Assembly (NCBI GenBank): GCA_044376115.1
Contig: JBILLK010000003.1
Coordinates: forward strand, 224,001 to 288,000
DNA length: 64,000 nucleotides
Origin: Polyangiaceae bacterium
GTDB lineage: Bacteria > Myxococcota_A > Polyangia > Polyangiales > Polyangiaceae
Direction of reading: 5' to 3'
The notes below the pieces were generated by a model that was not told the origin of the DNA, searched no databases, and worked only from the letters and a program-made list of their open reading frames with translations. Below are positions 1 to 9,257 of the stretch, piece by piece (position 1 is the stretch's first letter; every line of letters starts with the position of its first letter). The translations under genes and the position numbers were made by a program.

Positions 1-241
1 CCGCGCGGTTGCGCGAAACCTTGCCCGCGCAGTGAAAGAGACCGTCACAACCTGCGGCTGCCGTGGCCACGACCGTCTCGTTCAAGATGTCTCCGAGCGC
101 GAGCTGTACGCGTTCGGGAAGCGGCTGCTCATCATCGGCACGGCGCACGAGCGCGACCACTTCATGCCCACGTTCAAGCAGCTGATCGACCACAAACCGA
201 CCGAGGAAGCCGGTAGCTCCAGTGACGAGAATCCTACTCAT
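1..241 (-). CDS. NAD-dependent epimerase/dehydratase (extended SDR), ElbE-like; 5' part only, runs off window start
   Basis: Not in ORF track. Manual translation from ATG 241: MSRILVTGATGFLGRFVVDQLLERGHEVVALVR...GDIL...GCDGLFHCAG (TGxxGxxG Rossmann motif). ATGA overlap with the stop of the upstream elbD-like gene. Confidence 0.85.
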   Translation of the reverse strand, partial: MSRILVTGATGFLGRFVVDQLLERGHEVVALVRRADDEQPLPERVQLALGDILNETVVATAAAGCDGLFHCAGKVSRNRA

Positions 242-3200
242 GAGAGATCGAACACCTTCTGAAAGGTTTGCAGCAGGGAGATGTCGTTGCTCTTCACAGC
301 ACCGCTGAGAAACTCCATCGGCGAAGGAACATAGGCCTCCTTCACGATGCGGGTGAAAATCTCCGGGGTCGTCTTCAGCACACAGTCGGCGACGCCACCG
401 TCGGGCTTTCCTGGTGCGGCCCAACAGCTCTTCGCGTCGACTTTGAGCGTCCACTTCTCGTCGTTGCCCGAGCCAAGCGTGAAGTAGAAGGTGAGCGGCT
501 TCTCGACGCGGTCTTGTTTGAAGCGCGTCTCGAGATCACGAAAGAGCTTTTGCAGCGGCGTCTCGCTTGGCGCGACCGGCAGCTGCTCGCCGTCGCTCAG
601 CTCGGCCAGATCCAAGATGCGACCTTCACGCAATTCACGCACGGCTCGTTCTGTCAGCTCGGCGATCTTGCGACACGCTGCGGAGAGCTTCATGCCCTCG
701 GTCAGCCGGCGTAGATCCTCGACGCGCAGCGGCTTGCCGATGCGCGCGATGATGTCGCGTTTGGTCGGGATCTTCGAGCCCTTGCGCATCGCCTCGTACG
801 TCCCTCCGATGTAGACCGGCAGGATGTCGACGTTGTGGCCCAGCGCGAGATGACCGATCGCGGGCTTGAACTCCGTGATTGAACCGTCCACCGAGCGAGT
901 CCCCTCGGGGAAGATCAGCACAGTGTTACCGCGGTCGAGATGGTCACCTGCGATGCGCAAAGCCTGCCGCAGGCCACCCTTACGATCAAACGGCGCAAGG
1001 TTGGTGAAGTTCTCGAAGTAGGTGCGACGCCACTTGTTGCCCTCGAAGAAGTAGTCCTGCGCCGCGAGGGAGACCAAGTCTTCACCGTAGGAACCGAGCG
1101 CGTACTTGACGAAGCCCATGTCCAAGTGGCTCGAGTGGTTGGAGACCACGATGGTGTTGCGATTGTGCGGGACGTGAGCACGACCAAACACCTTGGGCCG
1201 CATCACCGAGCCGTAAAAGCCCATCTGAACTCTGGTGAGCGCGCGCTTGGTGACGCGAGCGATCGGCTCAGGGACCTCGATCGGCTGATCGTTGGAGCTG
1301 GACTCAACAAGGCCTTCGGCGGCAAGCGCATCCGCACCGTGGGCAGCCCGTCGAACCACTTCCTCGAGCTCGCTGACGGTCTCGCAGCGGGCCAGATCTT
1401 TGCCGTCGATGGGGCCGCCAGCGACTGCTTCCAAGGCCGTCAACAGCTCCACGGCTACAAGCGAATCAACCCCCAGATCTCCGCGCAACGTAGTGCCCGC
1501 ATGGAGGTCCTTCTGCGAACGGTTGGTGATGCTGGCGAGCACCGCACGCACTGGCGTGGTGCCGCGCTCCGAGGTCACCACGGTGGAGGCCTCTTGTAGC
1601 CGCGAGAGGATCGCCACGACGTCGGGCCGCTTCACCTTGCGCGTCGCCGTGCGAGGCAAGTCCGCCTCGTACACGACGACGACCTCCGGTTTGGCTACGC
1701 GCGGCAAGTCTTCGAAGCGCTCGCGCAGGTTGCGCACGGCCTTCTCGCGGATCGTCGCGCGAGCTCGCGGTGAATCATCCGAAGGAGCCTCCGGCACCCA
1801 CAAAAGAGCGACCTTCTCTCCGCCGTTTCCGTCGGGCAACCCGACCACGCTGAGCTCTTTGACGCCATCGATCTTGCCGAGCAGCGTCTCCACGTCGTCG
1901 GGGTAGACGTTCTCCCCGCTGGGCCCAACGATCACGTCCTTGGAGCGACCGACGATGGCCAAGCGGCCTTTCTTGTCGATCTTTCCGAGATCGCCCGTGT
2001 GCAGCCAGCCGTCTTCGGAAAGGACCTTTCGTGTTGCGTCGAGGTTGCCCTCATAGCCGCGCATCACGTTGGGACCGCGCGCAACGACCTCACCGACGCC
2101 TTCGCCGTCGGGGTTCTCGATGCGTAGCTCTACACCCGGTACCGGTTTGCCGACGTGACCGTAGCCAGCTCGCAGATCGGCTTTGGCGACGGTGAGCACC
2201 GGAGAAGCCTCGGTCAGGCCGTAGCCCTCGGAGAGGGGCAAGCCCAGCCCGGCAAATAGCTTGGCCGTGTCCTTCGGCAGGGCAGCGCCCCCGGAGATCA
2301 AGTGGCGAATGCGCCCACCGAAGCGATCGTGCACGGCGCCGAAGAAGAGCCGACCGGTGTTGAGCCCGGTGGTCTTGCCGATCAAGCGATTGAGCTCGAG
2401 CGTCATGTCGAAGGCGCGGGTCGCCAGCGGGCCGCGCTCGCGTACCTCCGAAAGGATTCTGCGCTCGAGCATTTGCCAGAGCGCGGGCACGCCAGCCATC
2501 GCCGTTATACGGCCGGCGGTGAGCCCCTCGCGCAGCCCGTCGGCGTTGAGCTCGCGGATGTAGATCACGCGGGCGCCCAACATCAGCGGGAGCAGCAGGC
2601 CGCAAGTGAACTCGAAGGTGTGATGGAGCGGCAACACTGAGAGCACGTGATCCGACGGGCCGAGCGGGAAGATCGGCGCCAAGGCGGCCAGCAAAGAGGC
2701 GAAGTTGCGATGGGTCAGCATCACGCCCTTCGGCTCACCGGTGGTCCCGCTGGTGTAGATGATGCTCGCGAGATCGTCGGAGTGCGGCTTGACGCCGTGC
2801 ACGCGGGCCCGCGCGAGGTGGGCTTCTCCCGGGGTCGGGTTCGCGGCGAGCACCACATCGATCACGGGCAGAGAAGGGAAGGCAGCGCGCACGGCAGGGC
2901 CGGCTTTCTCCTCGACCGTCTCGTCCCAGAGGGCCAGCTCCGCTGCGCTGGAACGGACGATGTTGGTGAACTGCGGGCCTTCCAGCGCCGGATCCACCGG
3001 GACGGCGACCGCGCCGAGCCGCAAGATGCCGAAGTAGCAGAGGGCCCACTCCGGCCGATTGCGCGCGCTCAGGATCACGCGGTCCCCTTGCTTTACGCCA
3101 GCGTCCGCGAGCAGTCCGGCGACGTGATGGGAGATGTCGCGTAGTTGCCGGAAGGTGATGCGAGTGAGCCCCTCGGGGGTAACTTCTTGCAAGGCCAGCG

Positions 3201-5010
3201 AGTGCTCGTGCCGCTCGGCCACCTCATCGACGAGGTCCAGCAGGTGGTCGTACGCGCGGATCGCCTTGAGCTTCGGCACCATGCGCTCGTCGATCAGCGG
3301 GATGACCCACTTCTCGAGCCCCGGCAGATGCACGTCGTACATCCACTCGCGCCAGTCGAGCTTCTCCGGGTGCCAGATGAACTTTTGCCTTTCTTCCTCG
3401 GGCATACGGGCGAAGGCGTCACGTGTGTTCTTGCACGAGAAGATCCAGTCCGACTCGGCCGTGAACGGGACGAACAGGTCCATGATGTCCCCGCTCTTGT
3501 CCTCCGTTTTTGCGATCTGGGTCAGCGCCTTTGCCGCAGGCTTTGCGATTGATGCGAGCGGGCCGACGGCGGCGCGGTTGAGCCACTTGGACACGGTGCG
3601 CATCGCGTCGGCGTATTGGTGCGGACCGAGCGCTTGGTACTTCGCCTTGCTGACGCCCATCGACTCGAAGTGTTGCAGCACCAAATCGAGCGGCTTGCTG
3701 GACTTACCGTCGAGCACGCGCTTGCGCTTGTAGAGCCCGATCAGCTCGAGATAGCGCTCCATGGAGCACGGGTTCGTGTCGGTGACGCCGTATTGGTAGA
3801 CCGATTTGTGGCTGCCATCGATTAGCTCGACCAGCGACGCGAGCATGCCGGAGGCGACCATGTCGACGGGGATGATGTCGAGGTGCACGTTGGCGTCCCC
3901 AGGGAAGCGAACGGTGCCTTTGAGCGCCATGTAGATGAAGGGCGCGCTGGTGTTGATGCCCTCGTTCCAGCCCTTCACGGGGAACTCGACGCTCGACTCG
4001 ACCACGGCCGGCCGCACGATGGTGTAGGGCACACCGCTGTTGGCGAGCACCTGCTCACCAATGCTCTTGGTGTACGTGTAAATGTTGGACCAGCCCCAGA
4101 AGGTGGCGCGCTCGTGGCCCGAGGCGGTGAGCTGAGACTCGACGAACTTGCGCTTCACTTTGGTCAGCTCGTCATCGAGCGCTGCGCCGCGAGCGGGCTC
4201 TCCACGCTCCGCGAGGTTCTTCTTCGCTTGATCCAAAAAGGCGCTCTGGCGGAAGGCGTCATTGGAGCGGTGGCGCGCCATGCGGATCAGATCGAGGCAC
4301 TCATCGATCTCGCGCTGGGGATCCCAATGGGATCGCGACAGCAAACGGAACGGCTGCACCTCGCCGAGGACCTTCTCCCCGAAGGCGCGTGGGAACGGCA
4401 CCGCGTTGGGCGCCTCCTCCTCGATCACGCCGGAACGGTAGCCAGCGACGTAGCAGGTGCTCGTGTGAAGCACGGGCGCACGCAGCGTCTTGGCCAACGA
4501 AACTAGGTTGGTAACACCGAAGGCGTTCACCTCGAGCGCCTCGTCGAGCGGCGGGTTGAAATCAACCACGCCCGAGACGTTCACCACGGCGGTGATTTTC
4601 CCGGTCAAACGCTCGATCAGCGCCGGCTCGATACCAAGGTTCGGCTGGACGACATCCCCTGCAACCGGCGTGATCTTCGAGCGGATGAACGCCTCGAACT
4701 GCGCTCCTGGGTGCTGTTCACGCAGCGGGTCCAAACAAACCGACGTAGCAATTTGCGACCAAAAGCGCTCTTCCGCCGTTTGGTCCGCCTTCGGTCGAAC
4801 TAGCAAGTAGAGATGCCCGACGTTCGGAAAGCGCGCCAGCAGCATCCCGAGCCAGACTTTGCCCAAGAAGCCGGTACCGCCGACCACGACCATCGTGGAT
4901 CCGTCAAGCAGCTTGGTCGGATGCAGCGAGCCCGCACCCCCGGAAGTCCGTGGGGATGAAGCGTCGATTGCGCCAGTATTTGTGCCGTTCACGTGTGAGA
5001 CATTCTGCAT
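238..5010 (-). CDS. elbD: Multifunctional ether-lipid biosynthesis enzyme: fatty acyl-CoA reductase + acyl-AMP/CoA ligase + ACP + PlsC-type acyltransferase + C-terminal SCP2 domain
   Basis: GGTGFLG and YTYTK (FAR/SDR); IYTSGTTGEPKG, EGYGLTE, WLHTGDLG (adenylation); LGVDSL (phosphopantetheine Ser); NHSSHLD and FPEGTRS (acyltransferase); SCP2-like last ~105 aa. Start placed at ATG 5010 (MQNVSH) rather than the ORF-track start at 5199. Confidence 0.85.
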   Translation of the reverse strand: MQNVSHVNGTNTGAIDASSPRTSGGAGSLHPTKLLDGSTMVVVGGTGFLGKVWLGMLLARFPNVGHLYLLVRPKADQTAEERFWSQIATSVCLDPLREQHPGAQFEAFIRSKITPVAGDVVQPNLGIEPALIERLTGKITAVVNVSGVVDFNPPLDEALEVNAFGVTNLVSLAKTLRAPVLHTSTCYVAGYRSGVIEEEAPNAVPFPRAFGEKVLGEVQPFRLLSRSHWDPQREIDECLDLIRMARHRSNDAFRQSAFLDQAKKNLAERGEPARGAALDDELTKVKRKFVESQLTASGHERATFWGWSNIYTYTKSIGEQVLANSGVPYTIVRPAVVESSVEFPVKGWNEGINTSAPFIYMALKGTVRFPGDANVHLDIIPVDMVASGMLASLVELIDGSHKSVYQYGVTDTNPCSMERYLELIGLYKRKRVLDGKSSKPLDLVLQHFESMGVSKAKYQALGPHQYADAMRTVSKWLNRAAVGPLASIAKPAAKALTQIAKTEDKSGDIMDLFVPFTAESDWIFSCKNTRDAFARMPEEERQKFIWHPEKLDWREWMYDVHLPGLEKWVIPLIDERMVPKLKAIRAYDHLLDLVDEVAERHEHSLALQEVTPEGLTRITFRQLRDISHHVAGLLADAGVKQGDRVILSARNRPEWALCYFGILRLGAVAVPVDPALEGPQFTNIVRSSAAELALWDETVEEKAGPAVRAAFPSLPVIDVVLAANPTPGEAHLARARVHGVKPHSDDLASIIYTSGTTGEPKGVMLTHRNFASLLAALAPIFPLGPSDHVLSVLPLHHTFEFTCGLLLPLMLGARVIYIRELNADGLREGLTAGRITAMAGVPALWQMLERRILSEVRERGPLATRAFDMTLELNRLIGKTTGLNTGRLFFGAVHDRFGGRIRHLISGGAALPKDTAKLFAGLGLPLSEGYGLTEASPVLTVAKADLRAGYGHVGKPVPGVELRIENPDGEGVGEVVARGPNVMRGYEGNLDATRKVLSEDGWLHTGDLGKIDKKGRLAIVGRSKDVIVGPSGENVYPDDVETLLGKIDGVKELSVVGLPDGNGGEKVALLWVPEAPSDDSPRARATIREKAVRNLRERFEDLPRVAKPEVVVVYEADLPRTATRKVKRPDVVAILSRLQEASTVVTSERGTTPVRAVLASITNRSQKDLHAGTTLRGDLGVDSLVAVELLTALEAVAGGPIDGKDLARCETVSELEEVVRRAAHGADALAAEGLVESSSNDQPIEVPEPIARVTKRALTRVQMGFYGSVMRPKVFGRAHVPHNRNTIVVSNHSSHLDMGFVKYALGSYGEDLVSLAAQDYFFEGNKWRRTYFENFTNLAPFDRKGGLRQALRIAGDHLDRGNTVLIFPEGTRSVDGSITEFKPAIGHLALGHNVDILPVYIGGTYEAMRKGSKIPTKRDIIARIGKPLRVEDLRRLTEGMKLSAACRKIAELTERAVRELREGRILDLAELSDGEQLPVAPSETPLQKLFRDLETRFKQDRVEKPLTFYFTLGSGNDEKWTLKVDAKSCWAAPGKPDGGVADCVLKTTPEIFTRIVKEAYVPSPMEFLSGAVKSNDISLLQTFQKVFDLS

Positions 5011-5029
5011 GAGGGGCCGATGGGCGCGG

Positions 5030-5058
5030 ACGTTTTGCCTGTACAGGCGCAGCGTCAA
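5030..5058 (-). promoter_or_regulatory. Putative sigma70-type promoter of elbD with a 12-bp palindrome in the spacer
   Basis: TTGACG (5058-5053), 17 nt, AAACGT (5035-5030); perfect palindrome GCCTGTACAGGC at 5037-5048. Confidence 0.4.
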
Positions 5059-5295
5059 GCCGCGTGAACGTCCTTCGCTCGAGAACGCCGTTTCACTGCG
5101 TTTTGGAAGGCTCTCGGGCGGGTCGGCCGCCACTTTGGGGCGCCAATGTGCGACTTCCAGCACCTGCCGTCCGGCATGAAACCCGGCGCTTGGCAGCAAA
5201 ATCAGGCGCTGGAAAAAAAAGAGCGCGACAATCTTTGGAGCATCGCGTCTTCTCCCTGACCAAGTTCAGTCACTCGTCAATTCTGGGAGATCGTT

Positions 5296-5706
5296 ATGTT
5301 GAAGAAAGCCTTGTCCAGTTCCTTCGTGCTTGTTCCCGCCGCCCTTTTCGGGCTCGTCGTTGCGGCCACCGGCTGCGGCGAAGTTACGAAGATCCAGGAA
5401 TGCAGCGCCGTGATCGAAGCGGTGAACAAGGGCCAGGACGCGTTCAAGATCGAGTTCGACGAAAAGAAGATGGAAGCTCAGGCCAAGAAGGTCGAGGACT
5501 TCGAGAAGGCCATCGGCGAGGTGAAGATCACCGACGCCGAACTCAAGAAGAGCGTCGATGAGTACCGCGCGATGGTGACCGATATGGCCAAGGTTCTGCG
5601 CGACGTGGCCAAAGGCGACGCAACGATTGAGAAGCGCGTCGACGATATCGTGAAGAAAGAATCTGAGCTGGTAAACAAGATCAACAACTACTGCAACCGC
5701 AAGTAG
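5296..5706 (+). CDS. Small helical lipoprotein, function unknown
   Basis: Signal peptide ending in lipobox A-T-G-C; GGGAG RBS upstream; strongly GC3-biased codons; two further Cys near the ends of the mature chain. Confidence 0.8.
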   Translation: MLKKALSSSFVLVPAALFGLVVAATGCGEVTKIQECSAVIEAVNKGQDAFKIEFDEKKMEAQAKKVEDFEKAIGEVKITDAELKKSVDEYRAMVTDMAKVLRDVAKGDATIEKRVDDIVKKESELVNKINNYCNRK

Positions 5707-5723
5707 AGCTTCCCTTCACGGCT

Positions 5724-5749
5724 GGATACGCAGGTTCGCCTGCGTATCC
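5724..5749 (+). terminator. Perfect 11-bp stem with TTCG loop (terminator or mRNA-stabilising hairpin)
   Basis: GGATACGCAGG-TTCG-CCTGCGTATCC, 17 nt after the lipoprotein stop; no U-tract. Confidence 0.6.
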
Positions 5750-5771
5750 TCGTGCCGGAGGCCAACGTTCG

Positions 5772-8162
5772 ATGTCGGCACCTGACCCCTCGACGGCCGC
5801 GACGCTTCTCGCCGAACTGCGCACGGATGGGTTTGAGACCCTTGCGGAGGAAGAAGCGGCCGCGCCCGAGTTCACAACGCTCGGTGAGCGCTACGAGATT
5901 GTCTCGTTGATCGGCAGTGGCGGTATGGGGACCGTCTACAAGGCCAAGGACCATGAGCTTGATGAGCTGGTCGCGCTCAAGATGCTCAAGGGCAAGGTGT
6001 CGACGCTCGAGTCGGTCGAGCGCTTCCGTCGCGAGGTGAAGCTCGCTCGTCGGGTCACTCACAAGAACATCGCGCGCGTATTCGAGTTCGGTGAGTACGC
6101 TGGCCGACGGTTCTTCACGATGGAACTCGTGGAGGGAGAGTCCCTGCGAGCGATGCTCACCCGCAGCGGCGTTCTTCCGCTAAAGACTGCGTTGGGGATC
6201 GCGCTCAGCATTTGTGACGGGCTTGCGGCTGCACACGAAGCCGGTGTCGTTCATCGCGACCTCAAGCCCGACAACGTTTTGATCGGCGCGCAAGGGCGTG
6301 TGGCCATTACCGACTTTGGGATCGCCGCATCCGTTGATGGCAGCTCCGGCTTCGCTACGTCCTCGTTCATCGGGACACCCGACTACATGGCTCCGGAACA
6401 GGTAGACGGTTCGATGCCTCCTGACGGACGCACCGACCTCTACGCGCTCGGCGCCCTACTGTTCGAGCTGCTCGCGGGGCGCCCGCCGTTCTCCGGACCC
6501 ACGGCGCTCGCCATCGCTGCGGCGCGCCTCACGCGGCCCGCACCAAGCCTCGCCGAGCTCGTACCCAGCGCTCCAAAGCAGGTCGTCCAGGCGGTCGATC
6601 GTTGTCTCGCTCGCGATCCCGCGCAGCGGTTCGCGCTGGTCGAAGAGCTGCGCCAGGAGCTGCAGTCTGCGCTTGGCGCCTTATCTCCGACAACGCTCAC
6701 GCCGCTCAGCGGCCTTCACGTGAGCCTGCCTCCTTCGTTTCAAGCGCCTGTGATGAAGATGGCCGTGTTGCCGTTCACGAGCGCCGGACTGGCTGGGCAG
6801 GAGTATCTCGCCTCAGGGCTTACCGAGGATCTGATCGATTCGCTGGCCGCTTCCAGCAGCGTGCGTGTGATTGGGCTTGGAACTACGGCTGCTTTGCCGC
6901 ACGTCAACACCGACCCCCGCAGCATTGGGCGTGAACTCAATGTTGACGTGGTGGTCCATGGATCGTTGCGAGCTACGCCCGACGCGCGCTTGCTAGTAAC
7001 GGTGCGCATGGTTGCTGTCACCGACGGCATCCAGCTTTGGTCGCAACGCTTTGGCATCACTTCATCGGAGATCTTGCAACTCAACGACACCATTGCACGG
7101 GCCCTACTGCAGGCGGTTCCTGGCGGTGCAGTACCGATCGCCACGGAGCTGGAGGACCCGGTTGCCGTCGACCTCTACCTGCAAGCCAAGAGTCGTTTTC
7201 GCGAGTTTTGGTACGAGAGCTCGTCGCAGGCGGAGGCACTTTACGAGCAGGCCTTGCAACGCGCACCGAACTCGCCGCTCCTGATCGCGGGCCACGCCCT
7301 GGTGCTCGCGCGCTGCGCCTTCTTCGAAGCGGAACGGCTGCCAGCTGCTACCAAGGCCGCCGACCGCGCGATGCAACTGGCGCCTGACCGAGGGGAGTCG
7401 CTCGTCGCGGCGGGGACGGTTGCAATTCAAGCCCGCCGCATCACCGACGCCTACCGCTTCGCGCAGGCCGCCATCGTGCGGGCGCCGTCGCTGCTCGAGG
7501 CCCATCTACTGCGCGGTAGAATCCTGGCGGAGACGGGGCCGTTGCTCGATGCCGAGCGGTCCTTGCGCATCGCTTGTGAGCTCGATCCGCGTTCGGTTGC
7601 GCCGCTGCGGGAGTTGGCCCGAGTGCATGCGCTGCTTGGCCGCTGGGATCTCGTCGACCGCGCGCTCGAAGGCGAACGCAGCGGAATGGATGCCGTTTCC
7701 CTGGCGATTACGACGATGCGCTTTGCCTTGTGGAATAAGCAGATGGGTACATTTCTCTCGGTGCGCGAATCGCTCACGAGTCTGCGAGACCCGCTTCGAA
7801 CTTCCGCGCCACGGTTCTCGGATTTTCTCGACGCCTTGATGCTGGCAACGCCCGACGCGGACGGTGTGGTGACGTTGCTCCACAGCATCGAGCTGACGGG
7901 CAGCAGCCCGCGGCGCGCGCTCTTTTTCTTGCAGCTCGCAGCTGAAGCGCAGTCGGTGTTGGGACACATCGAGGTGACGTTGGGGCTGCTCGACCGAGCC
8001 AACGTCTTGGGCTTGACCGATCTGGCGTGGCTCGACTGCTGCCCGGCGCTTGCGAACCTCCGCGGTGATCCGCGCTTTGGCTCGCGTCGCGAGCTGGTCC
8101 ACGAACGCGTGGCTGAGGTGTTGCGGCTGCATGCTGGCAGCCGCAGCGAGCGAGCGAGCTAA
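5772..8162 (+). CDS. Hanks-type Ser/Thr protein kinase with TolB-like and TPR regions
   Basis: GSGGMG, VALK, HRDLKPDN, DFG, APE; AVLPF...GLTEDLI TolB-N-like segment; TPR-like helical C-terminus. Confidence 0.9.
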   Translation: MSAPDPSTAATLLAELRTDGFETLAEEEAAAPEFTTLGERYEIVSLIGSGGMGTVYKAKDHELDELVALKMLKGKVSTLESVERFRREVKLARRVTHKNIARVFEFGEYAGRRFFTMELVEGESLRAMLTRSGVLPLKTALGIALSICDGLAAAHEAGVVHRDLKPDNVLIGAQGRVAITDFGIAASVDGSSGFATSSFIGTPDYMAPEQVDGSMPPDGRTDLYALGALLFELLAGRPPFSGPTALAIAAARLTRPAPSLAELVPSAPKQVVQAVDRCLARDPAQRFALVEELRQELQSALGALSPTTLTPLSGLHVSLPPSFQAPVMKMAVLPFTSAGLAGQEYLASGLTEDLIDSLAASSSVRVIGLGTTAALPHVNTDPRSIGRELNVDVVVHGSLRATPDARLLVTVRMVAVTDGIQLWSQRFGITSSEILQLNDTIARALLQAVPGGAVPIATELEDPVAVDLYLQAKSRFREFWYESSSQAEALYEQALQRAPNSPLLIAGHALVLARCAFFEAERLPAATKAADRAMQLAPDRGESLVAAGTVAIQARRITDAYRFAQAAIVRAPSLLEAHLLRGRILAETGPLLDAERSLRIACELDPRSVAPLRELARVHALLGRWDLVDRALEGERSGMDAVSLAITTMRFALWNKQMGTFLSVRESLTSLRDPLRTSAPRFSDFLDALMLATPDADGVVTLLHSIELTGSSPRRALFFLQLAAEAQSVLGHIEVTLGLLDRANVLGLTDLAWLDCCPALANLRGDPRFGSRRELVHERVAEVLRLHAGSRSERAS

Positions 8163-9250
8163 GGCTCCGCGGTTCCGGCCGGCAGCGGAGTGTTGGTCAC
8201 GATCGACTCGATCATCTCCGCGGTGATCGGCGAGAGCAGGATCCCGTTGCGGAAATGGCCGGTCGCGAGCAGCAGCCCCTCGACCGAACTCTTACCGATG
8301 CGAGGACGGCCGTCTTTGGTGAAGGGCCGGAAGGCAGCCCAGCTCCGGGTAAGCTCCAACTCCCGCAGTTTTGGTACCAACGCCAACGCTGCAGCGAGCA
8401 AATCGTGGACGGCGCCTGCAGTGACCAAGCGCTCGAAGCCAACGAACTCCGTGGTTGAGCCGAGCAGCAGCCTGCCGTCGTCTCGCGGGCTGAGGTAGAC
8501 GCCGGGTCCCCAAACGCAGCGCTTGATCAGCGGTCGTGGGCCTAGCAGTTCAACGATTTGTCCGCGCGCAGGCCGTACGTCCTCTGGACCGAGTGGGACG
8601 CCGGGAATCAAGTTGGACCAGGGGCCAGCCGCGATCACGATGTTGCCTCCGGAGAGCTTCCGTCCACCCTCCAGCTCGATGGCCTCGGCTCGGTCTTCGT
8701 GGACCACTAGCCGACGCACCACCGAGCCGGTCAGAAACTGGGCCCCATGGTGCTCTGCCGCGATGCGGAGAGCGCGCAGCAACTTCGGCGGATCGACGCG
8801 CGCGTCCTGCTCGAAGCGGATGGCCGAGATCGCCTGCTCCGAAATCGCAGGCTCGAGCGCACGAAGTTCGCTTGCTGAGACCGGCTCGGCGCTTAGGCCG
8901 CGGGCGGACTGCGTTGCGGCGTGGTTCTTTGCGGTCTCGGCCTGTTCCTCGGTGAACGCGACGTTGAGGATGCCACAGCGTCGGTACTCGACGTCGATCC
9001 CGGTATCTGCACGAAGATCCTCCGACCATTGAGCGAAGCGGTCTCGGCTCGCGATCGCGAGGCTCAGCGAGCTACCGGCCTCGTGGGACTCCATCTGCGC
9101 CGCCAACATCCCTGCCGCAGCGCTCGAGGCTTCAGACCCGGGAACGCTGCGTTCGAGAACGACGACGGAGAGCCCGCGACGTGCGAGGCGATAGGCGATT
9201 GCGCAGCCAACGACCCCGGCCCCGACAACGAGAACATCGGGCTTTGACAC
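8159..9250 (-). CDS. thiO: Glycine oxidase (FAD-dependent)
   Basis: GAGVVG dinucleotide motif, ASSAAAGML, RGQ, GHFRNGILL. Confidence 0.85.
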   Translation of the reverse strand: MSKPDVLVVGAGVVGCAIAYRLARRGLSVVVLERSVPGSEASSAAAGMLAAQMESHEAGSSLSLAIASRDRFAQWSEDLRADTGIDVEYRRCGILNVAFTEEQAETAKNHAATQSARGLSAEPVSASELRALEPAISEQAISAIRFEQDARVDPPKLLRALRIAAEHHGAQFLTGSVVRRLVVHEDRAEAIELEGGRKLSGGNIVIAAGPWSNLIPGVPLGPEDVRPARGQIVELLGPRPLIKRCVWGPGVYLSPRDDGRLLLGSTTEFVGFERLVTAGAVHDLLAAALALVPKLRELELTRSWAAFRPFTKDGRPRIGKSSVEGLLLATGHFRNGILLSPITAEMIESIVTNTPLPAGTAEP

Positions 9251-9257
9251 GACGAAC

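Noticed and set aside
5011..5199. N-terminal extension of the 1653-aa ORF
   Set aside because: It spans the divergent promoter region and has no domain-like content; ATG 5010 follows plausible promoter boxes.
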